NCBI GenBank assembly: GCA_030390025.1
Contig: CM059425.1
Span: forward strand, 170,936,001 to 171,000,000
Origin: Squalus acanthias
Lineage: Eukaryota
Direction of reading: 5' to 3'
Length of the DNA stretch: 64,000 bases
Positions 57,481 to 64,000 of the stretch are shown piece by piece; positions within the stretch are counted from its first letter, which is position 1, and the number at the start of each line of letters is the position of its first letter. A model generated the notes under the pieces. That model was not told the origin of the DNA. It ran no database searches and was given only the letters and a program-made list of their open reading frames with translations. Position numbers and translations under genes: made by a program.

Positions 57481-59242
57481 ACACACACACTCACACTCTC
57501 ACACACACACACACTCTCACACACACTGACATACACTCTGACACACACACACCCTCTCACACTCAGGCACACACACACTCTCACACTCTGACACACACCC
57601 TCTCACACTCTGACACACACACACCCTCTCACTCTGATACACACACACTCTCACACTCTGACACACACTCTCACACTTAGACACACACACACTCTCAGAC
57701 ACACACACTCTCACACTCTGACACACACACACTCACACTCTCACACACACCCTCTCACACTCTGACACACACACACCCTCTCACACTCTGATACACACAC
57801 ACTCTCACACTCTGACACACACTCTCACACTCAGACACACACACACTCTCAGACACACACACTCTCACACTCTGACACACACAGACACACGCACACACAC
57901 TCAGACACACACATACTCTCACCCTGACACACACACTCTCACACTCTGACACACACACACTGACACACTGACACACACCCCCTCTCACACTCTGACACAC
58001 ACACACCCTCTCACACACTCAGACACACACACACCCTCTCACACTCTGACACACACACACTCACACACTCTCACACACACCCTCTCACACACTCTGACAC
58101 ACACACCCTCTCACACTCTGACACACACACTCTCACGCTCTGACACACACTCTCACACACTCAGACACACACACACACACACTCTGACACACTCTCACAC
58201 TCACACACACACCCTCTCACACACTGACACACACACACACTCTGACACACTCTGACACACACACCCTCTCACACTCTGACACACACCCTCTCACACTGAT
58301 GCACACCCTCTCACACTCTGACACACACCCTCTCACACTGACACACACCCTCTCACACTGACACACACACACCCTCTCACACTCTGACACACACCCTCTC
58401 ACACTGACACACACACACTCTCACACTCTGACACACACACACACACTCTGACACACAAACTCTCACACACTCTGACACACACACACACTCACTCTCACAC
58501 ACACACTCTGACACACACACCCTCTCACACTCTGACACACACACCCTCTCACACTGATGCACACCCTCTCACACTCTGACACACACCCTCTCACACTGAC
58601 ACACACACACCCTCTCACACTCTGACACACACCCTCTCACACTGACACACACACACACTCTCACACTCTGACACACACCCTCTCACACTGACACACACCC
58701 TCTCACACACTGACACACACACTCTGACACACAAACTCTCACACACTCTGACACACACACACACACTCTGACACACAAACTCTCTCACACTCTGACACAC
58801 ACACACACACTCTCACACACACACCTACATTTGCACCGAGAATAGTTTAGAGATGGTTGGAGTTTCTTGCCTTGAGATGAAATAGAATGTACGTACAACT
58901 AGAAGAAGGTGGCCAGGTCATTGCCAAGTGATGAAGTCAATGTGATCAACACAAACACAGGATATTGGTTTTGCTCCACAATTCACCAGAATCACGGGGA
59001 CGCGCGGATTTGAAATGTGCAATTTAAGAGAATGCGATTCTGCTCGCGATTCTTTAATTCTTTCTCCTGCTTTTTGTTAAGAGATTCCACCCCAATCTGA
59101 TGTGCTTAAACAGAATCGTTTAACAAGCATAATTTTCTTGTACTGCGGTATACCATAAACAGTTGAATGGTGTCGATATATTTTAGACGTTTCCAGTTTT
59201 GAAAGTAGTACTGGGTATAATTCACTCGGGTGTCCTTTGCAG

Positions 59243-59304
59243 TCTGCTGTGCGAGAAGTCTGGTGCAGATTGGAGGAGCTTGTCTTCAGAGTATGTTGTC
59301 GCTG
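59243..59304 (+). CDS. Weak candidate exon
   Basis: Acceptor tcctttgcag, donors at 59291 (gtatgt) or 59305 (gtatgg); all three frames open, so frame unresolved. Confidence 0.25.
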
Positions 59305-59899
59305 GTATGGGCTGCGTGCTGCAGTGATTCTTAAAATCGCTGTTTGCAATGTGCAATAAAATCTAAAAGCACAAAGAGAACGGCTCGTCCCATTTATCTG
59401 AGACTTGGGACAATGAAGGTTGACTTGCTAAACGCTTGAGTTGTCCAATGCAGAAATGAGCTCATTGCTCGGGATCGCTCTCTCCTTTGTGTCAGTATCG
59501 CAGGGGTTATCGGTTTTACAGTCCTGATGAGGAGCTAACAATTAAACCCGGCGGGAGAAAACAAACAGCGAGTCAAGCCAAATGGCCCGTACAAATGCAG
59601 GCCTGCCACTGCAGACAAGCCTGTTCTTGCCAGTTTAATGGCCTGGGAATGGTTTAAGACCAAGGCCACAGTTTGGAGCTGTCATAATTCGAACCTAATC
59701 CTCATACAAGACTGTCACAATCCTCATCCTAATTCGAAAAGACTATTATGTTCCAAAACCGAAAACGAAGCTATAAATAATCTTAACCCTCGATCCTAAA
59801 ATAAAACGGTTATTATCCAAAACATACCCACCGATTTACACTTCGTGTGTCATCTTTCCCATAGTGAAATGTCCCAGGGCCTTCACAGAGGAAGGAGCA

Positions 59900-60070
59900 G
59901 AAACTGAGCAGGAATTGGGAGAGGGGTTTAAAGGCATGAACAAGGAGGTAGATAACAGGAACCCTTTGAAGATGGGAATAGATGTAGCAAGGCAGAGATT
60001 TAGAAGAGGATTCCAGAGTGCAGGGGTAGGAATGCTGTGCACCAGATGTGGAACTCGAGAAACCAGTGAA
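59900..60070 (-). mobile_element. Old L2-like LINE ORF2 C-terminal remnant
   Basis: PALWNPLLNL..TSIPIFKGFLLSTSLF resembles the L2 terminal pattern P.LWN.LP..LR...S...FK..LKT.LF. Confidence 0.55.
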
Positions 60071-60519
60071 GAAGGGTGTTGGAAAAGTTGAGCATGAACG
60101 CAACAAAGCGAGTACATACAGCTAAAAACAAGACTCACAATCTCAAAACTAATCACAAGACAATAGCAGCGCCATGTTAAACCTAATTCCAAAGCTATTA
60201 TAGTCATGGACCAAAATGAAACAACCAGGATCCTAAATTTAAAGCAAAGATTAGATTCTGATAATCCCAGACCCCAGAAAAGCTTTACATAATCCTAATG
60301 TTATTTGCAAGGTTGCCACTGAAAAAGTGGCTATACCAATCGTCACTTCCGTATGATGACCTTTAATCAAAGATGCAGAAAGGCAGCAGAGCTGCGAGTA
60401 AACTAGCCTCCCCCATAAAACAAACACTGAGTAGTTTGTCGAATCAGAAAATCTGTAGCAACATTGTCTCAGCAACAACAGGAAAAGCAATCAGAAAGAT
60501 TCAGGGCACCTCTCACTCA

Positions 60520-60875
60520 CATGCTTGTAATGTGACTTTTTTTTGTATGTGGACAGGAATACATCCTGTCATGGAAGAACATGTTGGCCACAACAAAGCT
60601 GAAAGTAGCTGAGCTGCAGTCGAAGCTGCAACAGCTGTGTCTTGACACCCACAGTTGGAAAACTGAGCAGACCTAGCGGTTCCAGAAGGTGCAGAATCTC
60701 AAGCAGCTGTCCGAGGAGGGAGGCAAGGCCAGGAGCGAGTTATGGCCTTGCAGAGCCAGTGAAAACTGCAAGGGCAAAGATAAACTCCTGGCTGAAGAGG
60801 AATTCACCAGAAAAGAGAATTGGATTATGCCCACCTGAAAATGGAGGAAAGCTAGGAGGGTGGGTGACGTGAGAC
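60520..60875 (+). pseudogene. Possible decayed CR1-type ORF1 N-terminus
   Basis: MW..(8)..EHV, then LKVAELQSKLQQL in a shifted frame and a later W plus basic patch, paralleling ORF1 of B and D; stops present. Confidence 0.4.
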
Positions 60876-61339
60876 TGGGGATGATTTGTGGCGTGTAGAG
60901 GTGCAGCAGCAAGAGGGGGGAGAAGGAAAAGAGGGCAGAAAATGAAGGCACAAAAGGTTATGTTGCATTTTATTGGGATGTCCAAACTATGCTGTGGACT
61001 GTATGCAGCCCTGTCAAGCACTGGCAACCTGGCATATGAAGCACAAGCTACTCAGTTCTATTTGCACTTTTATTTCTTACTCATTGGTTTGTCCTGTTTA
61101 CATTTTGTGGGCCTAAAAGTTTGGAATGGATTCTTCTTAGCACTGATTCCTCATTGGTGGAAAAATCCTAAGTCAGAATTCCACGATCTGTTAGGAGCTG
61201 CAGCCTGCAATATTTGCGGATTAAACAGAGCATTTATATTTAAACTTTATAGTTAAATGTATGTTCTTATATGCAGCCCCTGAGGCTCCATGGTACACAC
61301 CTAAATGGTCCACGAGGGCCAAAACCGCAAACACTCTTG

Positions 61340-61540
61340 AAAGAAGTGCATGTGGAAATGTCCAAGGAGGAAAGTGAGACAAATATCGCAGCAAATAAAC
61401 AAGAAGGCGCTTCTGGCCCTGAGACCATGGAAGTAATCGGAGATCAGGAGAAGACCACCACCAGGAGCCACAAGAACGGTGAGGAGAGAGAGGGAAGCGG
61501 TCAATGTGAGGTGGGAGGAAGAGGAAGGTGAAATATGAAT
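61340..61540 (-). mobile_element. Possible ancient LINE endonuclease remnant
   Basis: GGGLLLI and LLGHFHMH resemble APE motifs GGGV..I and LGDFN.H. Confidence 0.35.
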
Positions 61541-61691
61541 GGAGCCAAAGAAATAGAAACATAAAAAGGAGATACAATAGCAAGTTGCAGAATGTGGAAA
61601 TATCCCGGGGCAACCCTTGTGAATAGGGTGATTTCTTTTATCTGTAAACGTGGTATTGGCCCAGTGAAATATGAATTTAAAAAGCTACAGC

Positions 61692-62011
61692 AGTGAAGTG
61701 GTTATGGTCTTAGACTAGCAATCCAGAAGTCAGCACTTCTAATTCCTACCATAGCAAGTTATAAAACTGAATTCAATAGATCTGGCAAATTGCAAGCTAG
61801 AACCAGAAAACAATGTTCCAGGGAAGGGAACCTACCACCTCTATTTTGTTAGGCTACACGTGACTCTAGTTCACACTATTTGACTGACTCTTAATGCCTC
61901 CTCAAGTGGCCCAGCAAGCCATTCAGTTATATAATCACTACTCAAGGCAACTAGGGATGGGCAATAAATGTGGTCTTGCCAGCATCACCCACATCCTGAG
62001 AACAAACAAAA
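61692..62011 (+). mobile_element. tRNA-type SINE with LINE-derived 3' tail
   Basis: Head agtggttatggtcttagactagcaatccaga; tail ggcaactagggatgggcaataaatg...cccacatcc matches the LINE end at 62511-62585. Confidence 0.75.
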
Positions 62012-62335
62012 TGAAACTAGTCTATCAGCATAAGGGTACAGTTGTCACTATGATTTCAGTAAAACAAAACAGTGGCTGTTTGAAGCTTTCTACTATGTGC
62101 GTTTGATCTGTTACAAACATACAGCTCGAGATTTTGTCTTTCCAAACTTGAGCTGTTTTGGAGCAGCTTATGTGATACAAATTTTAAACTGCTAGCTATC
62201 CGCATTTAATCAGTGTCTACTTTTAACCTTTCTCACCTGATGGTTCACAATGAGGTTTTTTTTTGTTTGTCAGCAGCCCTTGAAATATTTTTACCAAAAA
62301 CTGAATCTTCAGTGTTTGAGGTTTTGGGGGATTGT

Positions 62336-62510
62336 TTTTTGGGTCTCATTTGGGGTCTGGTTTTTGGGTCTCATTTGGGGTCTGGTTTTTGGGTCTCATT
62401 TGGGGTCTGGTTTTTGGGTCTCATTTGGGGTCTGGTTTTTGGGTCTGATTAGGGGTCTGTTTTTTGGGTCTGATTAGGGGTCTGTTTTTTGGGTCTGATT
62501 TGGGGTCTGG
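62336..62510. repeat. 25-bp G/T-rich minisatellite, 7 copies
   Basis: Unit tttttgggtctcatttggggtctgg; gggtct at 62341, 62366, 62391, 62416, 62441, 62466, 62491. Confidence 0.95.
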
Positions 62511-64000
62511 TTTGTTTTTATTCATTTATGGGATGTGGGCATCGCTGACAAGGCCAGCATTTATTGCCCATTCCTAATTGCCCTGGAGAAGGTGGTGGTG
62601 AGCCGCCTTCTTGAACCGCTGCAGTCCATGTGGTGATGGTACTCCCACAGTGCTGTTAGGGAGGGAGTTCCAGGATTTTGACCCAGTGACGATGAAGGAT
62701 CAGCGATATACTTCTAAGTCAGGATGGTGTGTGACTTGGAGGGGAACTTGGAGGTGGTGGTGTTCCCATGCGCCTGCTGCCCTTGTCCTTCTAGGTGGAA
62801 GAGGTAGCGGGTTTGGGAGGTGCTGCCGAAGAAGCCTTGGTGAGTTACAATCGCTTCATCTTGTAGATGGTACACACTGCAGCCATGGTACACCGGTAGT
62901 GGAGGGAGTGAATGTTTAAGGTGGTGGATGGGATGCCAATCAAACGGGCTGCTCTGTCTTGGATGGTGTCGAGCTTCTTGAGTGTTATTAGAGCTGCACT
63001 CATCCAGGCAAGTGGAGAGTATTCCATCACACTCCTGACTTGTGCCTTGTAGATGGTGGAAAGGCTTTGGGGAGTCAGGAGGTGAGACACTCGCCGCAGA
63101 ATACCTAGCCTCTGACCTGCTCTTGTTGCCACAGTATTTATGTGGCTGGTCCAGTTAAGTTTCTGGTCAATGGTGACCCCCAGGATGTTGATGGTGGGGA
63201 TTCGGTGATGGTAAAGCCATTGAATGTCAAGGGGAGGTGGTTAGACTCTCGCTTGTTGGCGATAGTCATTGTCTGGCACTTCTGTGGCACGAATGTTACC
63301 TGCCACTTATCAGCCCAAGCCTGAACGTCGTCCAGGTCTTGTTACATGCGGGCATGGACTGCTTCATTATCTGAGGAGTTGTGAATGGCACTGAACACTG
63401 TGCAATCATCAGCGAACATCCGCACTTCTGACCTTATGATGGAGGGAAAGTCATTGATGAAGCAGCTTAAGATGGTTGGGCCTAGCACACTGCCCTGAGG
63501 AACTCCTGCAGCAATGTCCTGGAGCTGTGATGATTGACCTCCAACCACCACAACCATTTTCCTTTGTGCTAGGTATGACTCCAGCCAGTGGAGAGTTTTC
63601 CCCCTGATTTCCATTGACTTCAGTTTTTTTTACTAGGGCTTATTGATGCCACTCTCGGTCAAATGCTGCCTTGATGTCAAGGGCAGTCACTCTCACCTCA
63701 CCTCTGGAATTGAGCTCTTTTGTCCATGTTTGGACCAAGGCTGTATTGAGGTCTGGAGCCGAGTGGTCCTGGCGGAAGCCAAACTGGGCATCAGTGAGCA
63801 GGTTATTGGTGAGTAAGTGCTGCTTGATAGTACTGTCGATGACACCTTCCATCACTTTGCTGATGATTGAGAGTAGACTGATGGGGCGGTAATTGGCCAG
63901 ATTGGATTTGTCCTGCTTTTTGTGGACAGGACATACCTGGTCAGTTTTCCACATTGTCGGATAGATGCCAGTGTTGTAGCTGTATTGGAACAGCTTGGCT
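62511..64000 (-). mobile_element. Degenerate non-LTR retrotransposon (CR1/L2 group, distinct family), continues past the window end
   Basis: NYRPISLL, QFGFR, LDIKAAFD, QGSVLGP, FADD, RSVMEY fragments with stops; distinct 3' tail. Confidence 0.9.

Larger units (their letters stand above)
28748..58824. repeat. Giant degenerate (CA)n/(TG)n array, about 26 kb net, with higher-order duplications
   Basis: CA runs punctuated by ctct, ctga, ctca, ttga; recurring variant motifs; two CR1 insertions. Confidence 0.98.

Noticed and set aside
28697..58806. Many His/Thr-rich and Val/Cys-rich ORFs
   Set aside because: Translations of CA/TG repeats, mostly from non-ATG starts; no coding evidence
59524..59562. 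CTGATGA followed by a distant GAAA, hammerhead-like
   Set aside because: No convincing stem II between the core halves
59496..59657. Possible terminal exon after tctcctttgtgtcag
   Set aside because: Two frames fit equally well and neither gives a recognisable product
62336..62510. CRISPR-like or telomeric array
   Set aside because: No unique spacers, eukaryotic context, not TTAGGG repeats

Overview
Repeat-dominated vertebrate genomic DNA, most likely a cartilaginous fish (inferred from the repeat families, not proven). About 1-22 kb is a nested stack of CR1-clade LINEs: an old element A hosting elements B and C1, and element D hosting C2. Their ORF1 has a Zn-finger, coiled coil and SGNH esterase; ORF2 is APE endonuclease plus reverse transcriptase. 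At least eight PIF/Harbinger-type non-autonomous elements (MITEs) lie at 11.8-27.7 kb. 28.7-58.8 kb is a ~26 kb degenerate (CA)n array with kilobase higher-order duplications and two CR1 insertions. The right end has old LINE remnants, a tRNA-type SINE beside a LINE sharing its 3' tail, and a 25-bp minisatellite. Family C occurs three times with open ORF2 and a doubled 3' terminal module, so it looks young. A palindromic Penelope-like relic with degenerate hammerhead cores lies at 24.3 kb. A few short candidate + strand exons suggest the window is intronic in an unidentified host gene. No host gene could be named.
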